A stretch of DNA of 64,000 bases, from positions 16,306,001 through 16,370,000 of the forward strand of contig JBHGNT010000009.1 in assembly GCA_043228905.1 (NCBI GenBank). Reading direction: 5' to 3'. The stretch is from Azolla caroliniana (taxonomy: Eukaryota > Plantae > Polypodiophyta). Below the pieces are notes generated by a model. The model was not told the DNA's origin. It saw only the letters and a program-made list of their open reading frames with translations, and made no database searches. A program made the translations under genes and the position numbers. This document shows, one piece after another, positions 1-13,633 of this stretch (positions are counted from its first letter, which is position 1; each line of letters begins with the position of its first letter).

Positions 1-2088
1 CCTACAAGTTGCACATACACCTCCCCACCCCTTGGCATGCCCTTTGTCTAACCCCATCTATCCTTCACCCCAACATGTTAACCCCCCTTCCGACCTAATA
101 AGGTATTACTCGCTCGCTCACCAATAGACTATGTCCCCCCATTCATATCCTCTAAGGTAACCTCAAGCTATCCATACTCCCCTCGCATCCACACCCTCTA
201 TGACCATGTCCTAGATGCAACATACCCTACGTTAGCTAAGAATCCACATCCCATACCATATGCATGTGCACAACCTGTCCGAACCAATGTCAAACCCCCA
301 ATGTTCACTAGGAGTTTCAACATACCTCAAACTCACCCATCTCATCTAACACCTCTTGTCCCCACATATTCCATTTGTCCTTTCAAAGATTCTCGATGAG
401 ACAAAGCCAAGCGTATTTGAGGCCATCCTTTAGAGGGCATCTGGGTTCAATCAAACTCTCACCCCCCTCATGATACACCACCAATTGCCCTCGATGACTC
501 TATCAACAACCCTACCTTTATGACCCTCAAAGATCGATCTGACACTACTCACTATTATAATGAGTTTGTTGAGCCACTCAGAGAGCAACCCCTTGGCACC
601 ATAACTCTTTTGATGGCTCATTGGTGGGGTCAATATTCTTGCCATATGATTTAAACGTGGACAAGACAACTTATAGTTTTGCAATTGGATTCATGCCAAT
701 TGAACTTATGGATGGACAAAGCCAATCATGCCCATTGAATGGATGATTACTTCATGAGTCACTATGCCATGGAAGGAAGAAGTGAGTCATGAAGACCTTC
801 TCATAATAAGGATTAAGCAAATTGAGAGAAAACTTGAAGACATACAGGATGCTTTAATGTGGTTCAAGTGATCCATATGTTAAAATAAATGTCAATTTGA
901 TAAATAAACATAAGGTTTGGCCACAAAATATTGAGAAGGGGATTGGAAATTGATCTATGGTGTGGGTCTAAGTTAAGCCTTGTCAAAGAGGCCTCGCCTA
1001 CGTCCAACGATAATGATGCGTTGTGTTGAAGTGGTATCCTCATGCTGATTACACTTCCTTCCACAACATAAAAATGCCTTGCCTACATCCAACGATAATG
1101 ATGCCTTGTATTGAAGTACTATCCTCATGCCAATTACACTTCCTTCCATACCCAAAGAGCCAACAAACCAAACTCGTTCCTCCAAAGCCGCTGACACATC
1201 TAACAACTCAACAATTAAGACGAAGACCCAAGATAATCGACTTGAAGTGTATGGCCAATAGTTAGGTTGGGTGCAATTAATGTCTATGTTGTATATTTGA
1301 CTGTGCTTGCAACTTTTATACATCTCCATGAAATGGGCAATGTCCTTCTATATTCCTGGCCACCAATACTTATCCTTTGGCTTCTCGAAAGTTGTCAAAC
1401 TACCCATTTGACCTGCCCAAGAACTTTCATGGAACTTAGACACTAGAGTCACATGTTTAACCTTCTTGCAAACCACTCTCAATGACATTTCCATCCTCTT
1501 CTGTGGGTGCTTCCAAAGATATCCACACTATAGGACACTAAGAGTCATATGTTTAACCTTCTTGAAAACCACTCTCAGTGTCATTTCCATCCTCTTCTAT
1601 GGGTGCTTCTAAAGATATCCACATTGTCGGAAGTACGTTTATGCCTTCTTCTGGATTCTCTACATTTCCTCCTTAGACCACAAAATGTCCGCCGTCATTG
1701 AGCTCATGAATTTGCAGCCACTCCCCTTCATACTCAGTTTCATTGAGGGTGTTAAGCATTTGCACATTTTGTTCTTCAATAGTTGCTTGGGCTATTGTCA
1801 TGATGTTGGGAATGCACATGAGCTAAACTATGTATATATAAAAGATTGAAATACAAGGCAGAAGTATGAAAAGAAGGTCATGAGACAAGATGAAGTTAAA
1901 AATAATAGAAAGACTTAAGCTTATTCATTGAGAGCTTACACAAGGAGTGGAAGGTAAGAGGTTTGAATCTTGTAATGGACGAGAAAGTAGAGCAATGATG
2001 GCTAGGTATGTAAATTAAGTAGAACAATGGTTGCTAGGTATGTAAATTATTATTTTGGTATGTGGTAAAAATTTCTCATAAACAAATT

Positions 2089-2427
2089 TTATGTATGAAT
2101 ACATAGTCTAAAAGCACTAAAACAAAACCTCTCAACACAACACGTTGAGTAAGCAACCCATCCTCTCAAGTTCAAATCCCGGTGGTCCAACTCACATTTC
2201 ACAAGCATGCACCCAACTTTGTGACGTCGTTTTAAAGAAATTGAGAGTAGCACCTTAGCTTTTGACAGTATGTCACTTTCTCCTCCATATCTTGCCCTTG
2301 ATAACATATTCTCCATGACGTTATTCTTTTTTGATATATGATAGGCATTTGGATTCATTGACTTGATATATGCAATCCACCTTAGCATGGAAAAGTCCAA
2401 CATTGCACACCCTGATATCATCCCTAG
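2089..2427 (-). pseudogene. Degenerate Ty3/gypsy RNase H fragment
   Basis: Translation contains MLRWIAYIKSMNPNAYHISKKNNVMENMLSRARY, matching the gypsy RNase H C-terminal pattern RW...HI.G..N..AD.LSR; no full ORF. Confidence 0.55.
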
Positions 2428-2638
2428 CAGGGCAGGAATTTGACAGGTGTCATGCCTGTCAAAGGCCATTTTGCCCGTCAAAAACACACACCCAATAAAA
2501 ATGTCCGTCATGTGACATATAAACTTACAATTTTCATTTTTCATGTGAAAGGCGCCCAAAATTTATACAAGTCAAATGACATGCTAAAATTATATATATA
2601 TATATATATGACATTGTATAATGTCATAATACATATTA

Positions 2639-3322
2639 TGTCAAGAAATGTGCGGAATAATCTCCAGCCACAACCGAAGCGTAGATCACTTGATGACAAT
2701 CGAACACAGAAGAAATGGGAATGGAGGTAAGTACACGAATAGATAGAGAATACATAGGATGTTAACATGGAAACCCCCCCCCCCCCCCGAGAGGGAAAAA
2801 CCACGGGAGTCCACAGACTCCAAACTATCACTATGCCAATGAGTACAACAGGGAGCACAGAGGCAACGACCTCCTGCTCACGATCTTCGCTTGGCGACGG
2901 TTACAACAGAGACATGATCTATATCTCTCTCTCTCTCTCTCTCTCTATGTACAGTCGTTACACTTGATCACACTATATGAAGATAATAACAACAACTATC
3001 AGGCATAAAAAATCCTTAACACTGTTTGCCCTAGGTCACATTTATACTAATATGACATTAGGACTATTTACAGATATAGCCCCAATGGGCTCTCAGAAAC
3101 ATATCTACATATATGTCCCTTCATCCGGCGAGAGGTTCTCATCGGGCCTGCAACATCCGGTTCTCACCGGGTCTGCATCATCCGTTGCCGGGTACTCCAC
3201 ATCCGGTTCTCACCGGGTCTGCATCATCCATTGCTGGGTACTCCACATCGGGTTCTCATCAGGTCTACATCATCCATTGCCGGGTACTCCGTATCCCATC
3301 CGGAGGGACCGAGATCATAACA
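2639..3322 (-). repeat. 3' LTR of copia element 1 (684 bp)
   Basis: Direct repeat of 7375-8131, adjacent to the PPT; carries about 3 copies of a 46-bp U3 repeat. Confidence 0.93.
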
Positions 3323-3332
3323 AACTCCCCCT

Positions 3333-6300
3333 TCACTCCAGCATGGGATGCCTCGTCAATCCGATCCGCTTCCGGCATGCGTCTAGCTTGTCAGGCGTCA
3401 ACACCTTGGTCAGTATATCCGACCCGTTCTCCTCCGTGTGGATCTTCATCAGCACAAACTCTCGGTCTTCTACTCGCTCCCGAATCCAGTGGTACCTCCG
3501 CTGGATGTGCTTCGTCCTGGAATGATACGTTGCGTTCTTCGCAAGGTGGATGATACTTTGACTGTCGCAATAGAGCCGGTATTCCTCTTGCCTGATCCCT
3601 ATCTCTTCGATGAAGTCCTTCATCCATAGTATTTCCTTGCCGGCTTCCACACCCGCCATGTACTCCGCTTCGGTGGTTGACAACACAACCGTCTTCTGCA
3701 GCCTCGATTGCCACGAAACAGCTCCCCCCGCATATGTCATGACATATCCGGATGTTGACCGGCTGGTATCCGCATCAGTCAACATATCCGAATCGGTGAA
3801 ACCGTCAAGTTGGGGTTTACCGGAGCCGAATTGGAGGCACATACTTGAGGTGCCTTTCAAGTATCGGAGTATCCATTTTACCGCATTCCAATGCTCCTTG
3901 TTGGGATTGCTCATAAACTGGCTCACCACTCCGACTGCATATCTGATATCCGGTCGGGTACATACCATTGCATACATTAGGCTCCCGATGGCAGAGACAT
4001 ATGGTATCTTCATCATATCCGCCTTCTTTGCCTTCGTCTTCGGGCTTTGCTTACCGGATAACCTGCAGTTTGCCGGAAGTGTCGATCCGACCGGTTTCGC
4101 ATCTGGCATGTTGAACCGCTGAAGCACCTTTGTCACGTACTTCTCCTGTGACAACCACAATTGCTTCGTTGGCTGGTCCCGGATGATATGCATCCCCAAC
4201 ATCTGTCTTGCCGGACCCAAGTCTTTCATTGAGAAGGTCCGGTTCAAGGCCTTCTTCAGCATCTGTATCTTGACTTGGTCTCGTCCGACGATCAACATGT
4301 CGTCCACGTACAAGAGGAGTATCAGGAAGTCTCCACCTTCGAACTTCTTCACAAATACGCAGTGATCGGCCTGCGTCTTGTGGTACCCTTGATCGGTCAT
4401 GAAGTAGTTGAACTTCCGGTACCATTGCCGGGGAGCTTGCTTCAATCTGTAGAGGCTCTTTTTTAACCGGCAAACCAGGTGCTCCTTCCCTTTCTTCACA
4501 AATCCCTCCGGTTGTTGCATGTAGATCTCCTCTTCGAGGTCGCCGTGGAGGAACGTCGTCTTCACGTCTAACTGCTCTACCTCGAGGTCCATGCTTGCTG
4601 CTATGCTCAACACTGTCCGGATGGAAGTCATCTTTACTAGCGGGGCAAATATTTCATCGAAGTCCACGCCCTTCTTCTACTGGAACCCCTTCACCACGAT
4701 CCTGGCTTTGTACCTTGGAGGGTTGCCGGCATCTCCCGGTTTCAACTTGTACACCCACTTGCTTCGAAATGCCCTCTTTCCTTTTGGCAACTCCACTAAT
4801 TCATACGTGTGGTTCTCATGCAGGGAATCCATCACGTCCTACATGGCACTCAACCACTTGCGGCTATGGGTGTCATCCTTCGCTTCTTCAAAGCTTTCTG
4901 GCTCCCCCTCATCGATCAGCAGCACATGCTCTGCATCCGGAAATCTCCGGGGGGGCCTTCTCTCTCTGAGAGGATATCTCCGTCTTTGGCTTTCGGTAAC
5001 CGGCTCCTCTATTTGTTCTTCATCTGAATCCGATTCAGGGTCTTGGCCGGTTCCGGTTTCAGCTTCCTCTACTTCTTCTTCTGCCGGTTCGGTATCCTCA
5101 CCGTAACCGGCTGGTTCCTTGAGTCTCAACCGGCTCTTAGCCGGGCGGGTCCGAATCTCATCGGCGTTCATTATCTTCTTCTCCGACTCCCAGTCAGCAA
5201 GAGTCTTGTCCTCCATGAAGATAATATCTCGGCTTCGGAAAACCTTCTTGTCAACCGGATAACACACTTGGTAGCCGAACTCATCTTCGCCGTATCCAAG
5301 GAATATGTATGGTCGGGTCTTTGGATCCAACTTTCCTCTCCAGTCCTTAGCAACATGCACATACGGGAGACACCCGAACACCTTCAAATGCCAGTAGGAC
5401 ACTTCCTTACCGGTCCACACCTTTTGCGGCGTGTCTCCATCCAAGGGCACTGAGGGTGATCTGTTTATCACATACATCGTTGTCGATAGCGCCTCGGCCC
5501 AAAACGTCTTGGGTCTTGGGTAGTTTAGCATGTGCTAGCATACTCCAGACCCTCTCCATTATGGTTCGGTTCATCCTCTCGGCTAGCCCATTTAGTTTCG
5601 GCGTCTTCGGCACGGTAAATTCGAGCCGGATTCCCTTCGAGCGGCAGTACTCCTCGAATTGCCCACGGTATTCCCCTCCGTTATCTGCTTGAACCGCCTT
5701 CAGCTTCCGTCCGGTTTCTCTTTCCACTCTTGCGTGGAGCTCCTTGAAGATGAATAACACCTGATCCTTCGTCTTCAACGGTGTGGCCCACAACCTCCTG
5801 CTGTGGTCATCTATGAACGTCACGAAGTACTGCGCTCTGGGATGGGACTTCATGTCCACTTGACACACATCGGTGTGCACCAACTCCAATGGTGCATTAC
5901 GTCTCATTAGTGGCCTTGAATGGAAGGAGGTCCGGTTTTGTTTACCGGCTAGGCAGTCGGTGCACCTCTCAAGATGCACGTTCTTCACCGGAATGAGATT
6001 GTCATCGGCAAGCCTCTTCATCCCCTTCACGCTCATGTGACACAATCTCTTGTGCCACAGCTCACCGGCAGTGTTGAAAGCCACGTTCACTTCTTCCGAG
6101 CATAACCGGGCATTCATCAGGTACAACGTGTTGACCTTCCGGGCACGAGCCACTATTAGGCTCCCTTTGCTGAATTTCATGACTCCGTTCCGGATGCTAC
6201 CCGTGTAGCCTTCATCATCTAGCCAGCCGACTAATATCAGGTTCAGTCGAACCTCTAGAACATGTTGGACATCCTTCAACATCAACTTGCATCCAGTTGG

Positions 6301-7342
6301 TGTTGTCAACCACACGTCTCCTATGCCGACAATTCGGCATGTACCTTCATTCCCCATCTGGACACAACCGTGATCACCAGCTGTGTAGGATGAGAAGTAT
6401 TTCCGGTCCGGGGTAAGGTGGAACGACGCTTCGGAATCGACAACCCACGTTGTCTCGTCGCCGGCAAGGTTCAACTCACTCTCCTCGATGATGAGCATCA
6501 ACTCTTCTTCACTTGCCGTGATTGCCGTCGTTCCCTTCCAGTCCGGCCCCCTCCGGTGTCCGCTTCGAATCGGTACCGTCGGTTTCCTTGTCTCTTCGGA
6601 AGTGCTGACAGTTCTTCTGGAAGTGTCCCAGCTTGCCGCAATAGAAGCAAGTAGGCCTCCCCCTTGACTTTGACCGTGTCCCCGACTTTTCCCGGTTCTG
6701 GGGACTATGGTTCCTTTGTCTTCCGTGTTCTGATTCAGTAAGGAGCGCTTTGGAGTCGGAGCTCGTATCCTTGTCTTTCTGACGCGCCTCCTCATCTAGC
6801 AAGCTCGACTTCATTCTTGCTAGGGATAACCGTTTCCCTTCCGGCCCGGCGTTGCCCAAAGTAACAACCAACGTCTCCCAGCTATCTGGGAGGGAACCGA
6901 GAAAGAGTAGTGCTAGTACCTCATCGGCGAGAGGTACTTCCAATGATATTGCCTGGTGGATCAGCCCCTAGAAGGCATTCGTGTGCTCCACCATGCTGGA
7001 GCCATCTTGGTACCGGAGTCTTACTAGCTTCCGAAATACCAAAACCTGATTAACTGCATTTTTGTTTTGAAACATAATGCTGATCTTCTCCCAGAGCTCA
7101 TGAGCCTTGCTCTCTTCATTGAAGTTGTTGTATAGACTCATGTTGATGAAGCACCGTATGTACGCCGTTGTCTTCATGTGCATCACCTCCCACATTGTGG
7201 CATCGATTTTGTCCGGTCTCTTGTCCCCGAACTGAACCGGCAACCAAAGATCTTTAACCACGAGCATGTCCCTCATCTTTGACTTCCACACTGAGTAGTT
7301 GGAGCCGGTGACCTTGAACATGCCTCCCAATGAATCGTCCAT
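3333..7342 (-). pseudogene. Copia gag-pol polyprotein with stops and frameshifts
   Basis: Gag from MDDSLGGMFK with zinc knuckle CFYCGKLGHFQKNC; protease WVVDSEASFH; integrase WHKRLCH, VHTDVC, DNGGEY; RT QLDVKTTFLHG and LYVDDML; RNase H TDSD, STTEAEY, CDSQS, RTKHI. Split over ORFs 6968-7552, 6509-6943, 5407-6795, 4839-5531 and 3333-4667. Confidence 0.92.
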
Positions 7343-7374
7343 TTTTTCAGTGTCGTTTTGCTCTGATACCACTT

Positions 7375-8131
7375 TGTCAAGAAATGTGCGGAATAATCTC
7401 CAGCCACAACCGAAGCGTAGATCACTTGATGACAATCGAACACAGAAGAAATGGGAATGGAGGTAAGTACACGAATAGATAGAGAATACACAGGATGTTA
7501 ACGTGGAAAACCCCCCTGAGAGGGAAAAACCACGGGAGTCCACAGACTCCAAACTATCACTATGCCAATAAGTACAACAGGGAGCACAGAGGCAACGACC
7601 TCCTGCTCACGATCTTCGCCTGGCGGCGGTTACAACAGAGACATGCTCTGTATCGCTCTCTCTCTCTCTCTCTATGTACAGTCGTTACACCTGATCACAA
7701 TATATGAAGATAATAACAACTATTAGGAATAAAAAATCCTTAACACTGTTTGCCCTAGGTCACATTTATACTAATATGACATTAGGACTATTTACAGATA
7801 TAGTCCCAATGGGCTCTCAAAAACATATCTACATATATGTCCCTTCATCCGGCGAGAGGTTCTCACCAGGCCTGCAACATCCGGTTCTCACCGGATCTTC
7901 CTTGCCGGGTACTCGTCATCTGGTTCTCACCGGGTTTGCATCATCCGTTGTCGGGTACTCCACATCCGGTTCTCACCGGGTCTGCATCATCCATTGCCGG
8001 GTACTCCACATCCAATTCTCACTGGGTTTGCATCATCCGTTGCCGGGTACTCCACATCCGGTTCTCACCGGGTCTGCATCATCCATTGCCGGGTACTCCG
8101 TATCCCATCCGGAGGTACCGAGATCCTAACA
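7375..8131 (-). repeat. 5' LTR of copia element 1 (757 bp)
   Basis: Next to the iMet PBS; about 5 copies of the 46-bp unit CCGGTTCTCACCGGGTCTGCATCATCCGTTGCCGGGTACTCCACAT. Confidence 0.93.
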
Positions 8132-8444
8132 TATTATATATAGTATATTTAATATTGTAATATGTACTATGTATATTGTAGATTGTAGTATATGTACATA
8201 GTATAAAATGTACATACATGAATCATGATACTACAAAGACATATACTATTATAATGTACATTGTAGTATGTACATTTTATAATAGTATAACTGTATATGT
8301 ATTATGTATAATGTGAGTCGTTACTCATGACTCGTGACTAATTAGTAATAACTATGCTTTCAATGTTTCATTTCTAAAGCCCTGAATCCTCCTCTTTCTC
8401 TTTTCCCACTCTTTTCTGTTTTCCCCTTATTTTCTCTTTTCTTG

Positions 8445-8650
8445 CTTTCCTTCTTCCTGCTCCTTCTTCCTACTCCTTCTTCCTGCTCCTTCTTCCTGCT
8501 CCTTCTTCTTGCTCCTTCTTCCTGCTCCTTCTTCTCACTTCCTACTCCCTACTCTTTCTTCCTGCTCCTTCTCACTTCCTACTCCCTGCTCCTTCTTCCT
8601 GCTCCTTCTCACTTCCTACTCCCTGCTCCTTCTCGCTTCCTACTCCTTGT
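8445..8650. repeat. Pyrimidine-rich minisatellite (about 13-bp unit TCTTCCTGCTCCT / CACTTCCTACTCC)
   Basis: Tandem repeats visible directly in the sequence. Confidence 0.75.
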
Positions 8651-10190
8651 TCCTTGGTCGTTGCCAATTGCTCCCAGCACGCTCACTACTCAATGCTCCC
8701 TGTCGTATCTCGGTGATTGCACATATGCTATTTGCCACCACTTTGAGGTATGTATTTGTCTTCTTTTTTTCTATTTCTCTCTATTTTCTCGCTCGAATGC
8801 ATTCCTCGCTTATTTGACTCGGGTTCGATCCCCACTTATTTGAGGGGTGGCCATAGTCATGGGGGTCATCATGGGTGGCAATAATATGACAAATCAATCT
8901 ATATGTCTCTCCTCCTGCCCTCCCCTATTCTTGTCTTAACAAACGGTGAGAGATCACAAATTATTTCAAGAAACTAATCTCATGTTTGGATGTATTTTGT
9001 GCTTGGGCATTGGCCAGCCCCCCCAATAATTCTCTTAATATTGAGTATAAATGCAACTGGAATAGCACTTAAATTTAGATCTATGACTGGCTTATCTCCA
9101 TTTCATATGACCTCTCGTAGAGTAAAACATGGTCTCACGTTCTGCATTGAGGATACAATCTCATGTTGTCATCCTTACTTTCGATATTTTCTTGGAATAA
9201 CCCCTTTGAAGTTCACACCACTTGATTGGCTTTCTTCCCGTTTCTAGATGTACTGGGGTTGTGCTCTTAACCCCCTAAATGAAGGCAGTGAAATATCTTT
9301 TATACTTTCATTGTTTCATTCCACAAGCTTGCTGAAATGCTTCCTCCCATACCTTTTTTGTAAAGCAGAATTTGTGTGATGCATGCATACGAATGACATT
9401 GTTGTAATCTCCCATCTTTGGGTTGTGCTCAAGTACCACATGCTCTCAAATTCCTAGTATGAATCTGTGTGGTTTCATTCACCATGTATTCCAAGTGTGC
9501 TGACTAGGTATGGCAACACTAAGGTGTTTGAAACTATGAACCACTTCAATTGCCTCCTCTTCATGATACTCTACAGGCTATTGACTGTCAGATTAGACAT
9601 TGCTTCTCACCATGAACTTGATCTTAGGCACTTTGATTGCTAGGCCACTATTCTCAAAAAAGGAATGATCATATCTAGAAGCGTTTGCAGTCATAGTTGA
9701 TAACATGTCTGAAATACAACATTGTTTGCATAAATGTGTGTAAGAGCATGCTTGGTTTATGTGATGCATGCATACAAATGACATTGTTAGAATCTCCCAT
9801 CTTTGGGTTGTGCGCAAGTGCCACATGCTCTCAATTTCATACTATGAATCTGTGTGGTTTCCATTCACCGTGTATTCCAAGTGTGTTGACTAGGTATGGC
9901 AACATTGAGGTGTTTGAAACTATGAACCACTTCAATTGCCTCCTCTTCATGATACTCTATAGGCTACTGACTTTCAGATTAGACATTTCTTCATAGTCTT
10001 GCAATTCGAGGACCAAAAGTGTGGGTTTAGGCTAATCCGATGTAGAGTGTGCGTGTAAGCTAATGTGAGCCTTCATCTTTCTTCGTTTTTTTCTTGATAG
10101 ATTGGAAGATCTAAAGTGGAAACTATCCTTTATTGCCCATCTCATCTTTGTTTTTTTTCTTGGTTTGTGAATTCTCTCAGTTTCAAGAGT

Positions 10191-11914
10191 ATGTCCTGCC
10201 CCAGAAAACATAGATCACACCAACCTTCTATTAAGAGTGTGTTTTGCAAGAAAGCACATCTTAATGATACTCCAAATAATGATGAAGAGGTTGTCACAAA
10301 TGTAAATGTGTCAACATCTTCTTCTAATAAAACAAAAAGAAAGTGGAGAAACCAGTGGACTTTGCTCTACCCATGGGCATATTTGACAAAGTCCTTATTA
10401 GGTGATGAAAAAATAAAATGCATGTGGTGTGAAGATGCGAGAAGGAATAATGTTTTTATAGATGGTGGATCGTTTAGCATGCAATTGTCATCATTGAATG
10501 AGCATTCTAAGTCATCCGACCATGAAATAGCAAGTGCTATGTATCATGTAAAGATACAAAAGGAAAATGCAAATGTGAAAGGCCCAATGGATGACAAAAT
10601 TTCAGAAATCATGCATTTAGAAAATGAGAGGATAATCTTATGCATGAAATTAATTCATTTTTATGCTTGTAATGATATTCCATTAGAGAAATATGTAAAA
10701 CAATGTCAGTTACAAAGAGAACTTGGTACTCCAAATGCCCCTGCCTCAAATGAATATGGTGCTTATGCTAATGCTAAATTTGCAAGAGAATTCTTAATGG
10801 CTATTAAGAACCACACAAGAAAACTCTTGTATGATGAAATTCGTGGTAGTCCATTTTTCTCCATCTTGATTGATGAAAGCACCGATCAGACATTGGAAAA
10901 ACACCTCATTATCTATGTCTTGTACTTAAGTGAAGGTGGCAAAGGGGAGCCACAATGTAAATTTGTGCGTCTTCTTCCGGTGGAAAATGGGAAAGCTGAA
11001 GGTATCTATAATACTATCAATGAATTCATTTTGGAGAGCAATTTAGATTTAAAAAAACTAGTGGCTTTTGCAAGTGATGGGGCATCATCTATGGTAGGTA
11101 AGAACAATGGAGCAATTTCTAAGTTTCAATCCATGATGCCTAATATTTTGGGAGTGCATTGCATTGCACATCGTGAAGCACTTGCCATAAAAGATGCATA
11201 TATAATGTCTCATGCACGTGTTTAGCTTCCTTGATGCATTTGCAAATAAAGTATACTCTTGGTTGGGAAAGTCAACTAATAGACACAAGGAGCTAAAAGA
11301 AATAATGAAACGACATGGTAAGGGTGATTTGAATGTGCTTAAAATTCACTCCATAAGATGGTTATCTCGAGGCCAAGTAATGGAGAGACTAGTTACACTT
11401 ATGCCTGCAATTTTAGAACAATGGGAAAAACATGAGAAAAAATGGTACGAGTATGCTACTATATTCCAAGTGCAATTTATGTTACACCTATTGGCAAATA
11501 TTCTTGTGGAATTAAATAAATTATATGAGCAGTTCCAAAGGGAATTAATGGATGTAACTATGCTTGGTGTTCACTTGGATATCATCCATGAGAAACTTCG
11601 AAGACGATATTTATCTTGTGAAACATTTGGCACCGGGTCTATGTTTCTTGCAAACTTTCTAGATAATGTGAAAGATGGCATACTCACATATATTGGATGT
11701 GATAATGTTACTCATTCACATCCATTGAAGTTTATACCAATTCCAAACCCAAAAGAGTTAACAAAACGATCAAGAAGACTAGTAAGTGGTCTTGATAGTG
11801 AGAATGAAGATAGTGATTTCAACTTGAATATGTTTCATGGTAATGTGGAAAATGGTAGTTTGGATGAATGCATTAGCATTGGAAAGGACTTTGTCCAACA
11901 TGTTATTGATGCCT
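10191..11914 (+). pseudogene. hAT-superfamily (ZNF862-like) transposase, frameshifted and 3'-truncated
   Basis: N-terminal TTF-type zinc finger (W...YPW...C.WC...H...H); catalytic motifs FFSILIDESTD and ASDGASSMVG; CxxH motif HCIAHRE; RW motif IRWLSRG; frameshift near 11210; homology stops at HVIDA with no C-terminal dimerisation domain. Confidence 0.85.
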
Positions 11915-12905
11915 TCTATTATAAAAGAATCTATTATATTGTAATAAACTAATGTTTTGTTTCACCTACGTGTCTTATATGTTATCATCATTCGTGCTTA
12001 TTTGTTTGTGTGTCTTGTGACAAGGGAGCGTTTCGGGCTTGCCCATGCACCTCTCCTTTCACAAAGGCATTCAAACTTACGTATCTTATATGTTATCATC
12101 ATTCATGCTTATTTGTTTGTGTGTCTTGTGACAAGGGAGCGTTTTGGGCTTGCCCATGCACCTCTCCTTTCACAAAGGCATTCAAACTTATGTGTCTTAT
12201 ACGTTATTGTCATTTGTGCTTATTTATTTGTGTGTCTTGTGACAAGGGAGCGTTTCGGGCTTGCCCATGCATAACTCCTTTCACAAAATTCAAACTTTCG
12301 TGTCTTGCGTGTTACTGTAAATCTTGCTTGAGTGTTCGTGGGACTTGTGGCAAGGGAGCGTTTGGGCTTGCCCATGCACCTCTCCTTTCACAAAGGCGTT
12401 TGAAATCGTGTCTTGCATGTTAGTGTAAATTTTGGTTGTGTGTTCGTGCGACTTGTGGCAATGGAGCGTTCGGGCTTTGCCCATGCACCTCTCCTTTCAC
12501 AAAGGCATTCAAAATTGTGTCTCCCGTGTCTAAACCTTGCTTGTGTGTTCGCATGTCTTGTAATAAGGGAGTGTTCGGGCTTGCCCATGCACCTCTCTTT
12601 TCACAAAGGCATTTGAAACTCTATCTCTCGTGTGTGTAAGTAAGCCTTTTCCTTGTGTGTTCGCGTGTCTTGTAATAAGGGAGCGTTCGGGCTTGCCCAT
12701 GCACCTCTCTTTTCACACAGGCATTCGAAACTTTGTCTCTAGTGTGTGTAAGTAAGCCTTTTCCTCGTGTGTCTGTGTGTAAGCCTTCCTCACGTGCATT
12801 CATTCACCTTGTGACTAGGGGTTGATTCGGGCTTGCCCATGCACCTCTCCTTTTCACAAACACGTTCAAATACTCGTGACTTGTTTGTGTAAGCCTTCCT
12901 TGTGT
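11915..12905 (+). mobile_element. Probable non-autonomous Helitron, 5' part, with an ~110-bp tandem repeat x8
   Basis: Begins TCTATTATAAAAGAA TCTATTATATTG (Helitron-like TC start) exactly where the hAT ORF breaks; anchor GGGCTTGCCCATGC recurs at about 12035, 12146, 12257, 12364, 12472, 12577, 12689 and 12829. Confidence 0.55.
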
Positions 12906-13633
12906 TGTGTGTGTGAGCCCTATTTTCTTCCCGTCCATAACCACGGAGGTTCCGCCTCATGATCCGCACATAGTGACGGATTTTCACGACATAATAAAGT
13001 GGTGAACCCGACGCGAAGAGGTGGTAGGAAGGATCAAGTGCTTGAAATAGAAGGTTAGAAGATGGCTTCTTCGACAAACACCCAAGTTGATGAAGTGGCG
13101 AAGTTGGTGGCTATTGTCAAGTGTTGAGAGACAAGCTCAACATTCAGTGCGAAGTACGCAGCGTAACCCAGTGCGTAGAATGGGTGCGTGAAAAAGTACG
13201 CACAACCGAAGAGGCCGTTAGAGCGTTATTCCTCGTAAAGGAATAAGTTTGGGAGTTTGTATTGTCAGCTCATTTATGAGCATTCAAGTACTGTCAGTAC
13301 TTGTGTCAGCCCGATTGTCAGGGCTTGTATATAAGGTGATCACTGAGCACGAAGTACACACACACACAGAGAACAAAGTGTCATTTTTTGAATTAGAGTT
13401 TTCTGTTGTCTGCTCTCTCCCTCTCCCTCTCTATCTTTGTGTTTTCTGTGTTTTACTGAATTGTCTTATTCCTCCGAACTGTGTAGTCTGTGTCTTTGCA
13501 CACGCTTCCGCACAACATATTCTTTTACATGGTATCAGAGCGTGAGGGTTGAAGTCCTCTGCAACCGACAAGAAAAGTTTGTGACAAAATAGGGTTGAAG
13601 TTGTTTGCTTTCGAAGAAGAAAAATACAATACT

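Larger units (their letters stand above)
2639..8131 (-). mobile_element. Full-length Ty1/copia LTR retrotransposon (Tnt1/Tork-like), non-functional
   Basis: TG...CA LTRs at 2639-3322 and 7375-8131; TSD TATTA at 2634-2638 and 8132-8136; tRNA-iMet PBS TGGTATCAGAGC at 7360-7371 (-); PPT TGAAGGGGGAGTT at 3323-3335 (-); domain order gag-PR-INT-RT-RH. Confidence 0.95.

Noticed and set aside
2977-3553. Plus-strand ORFs in the copia 1 LTRs (also 7704-8160)
   Set aside because: Antisense readings of the GC-rich U3 repeat with no protein motif.
9375-9990. A ~230-bp local duplication with a faint LINE RT-like translation on the minus strand
   Set aside because: Too degenerate to assign without a search; probably an old TE remnant.
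11957-12640. ORFs with the repeated peptide RERFGLAHAPLLSQRHS
   Set aside because: A by-product of the 105-112-bp tandem unit; frames break between units.
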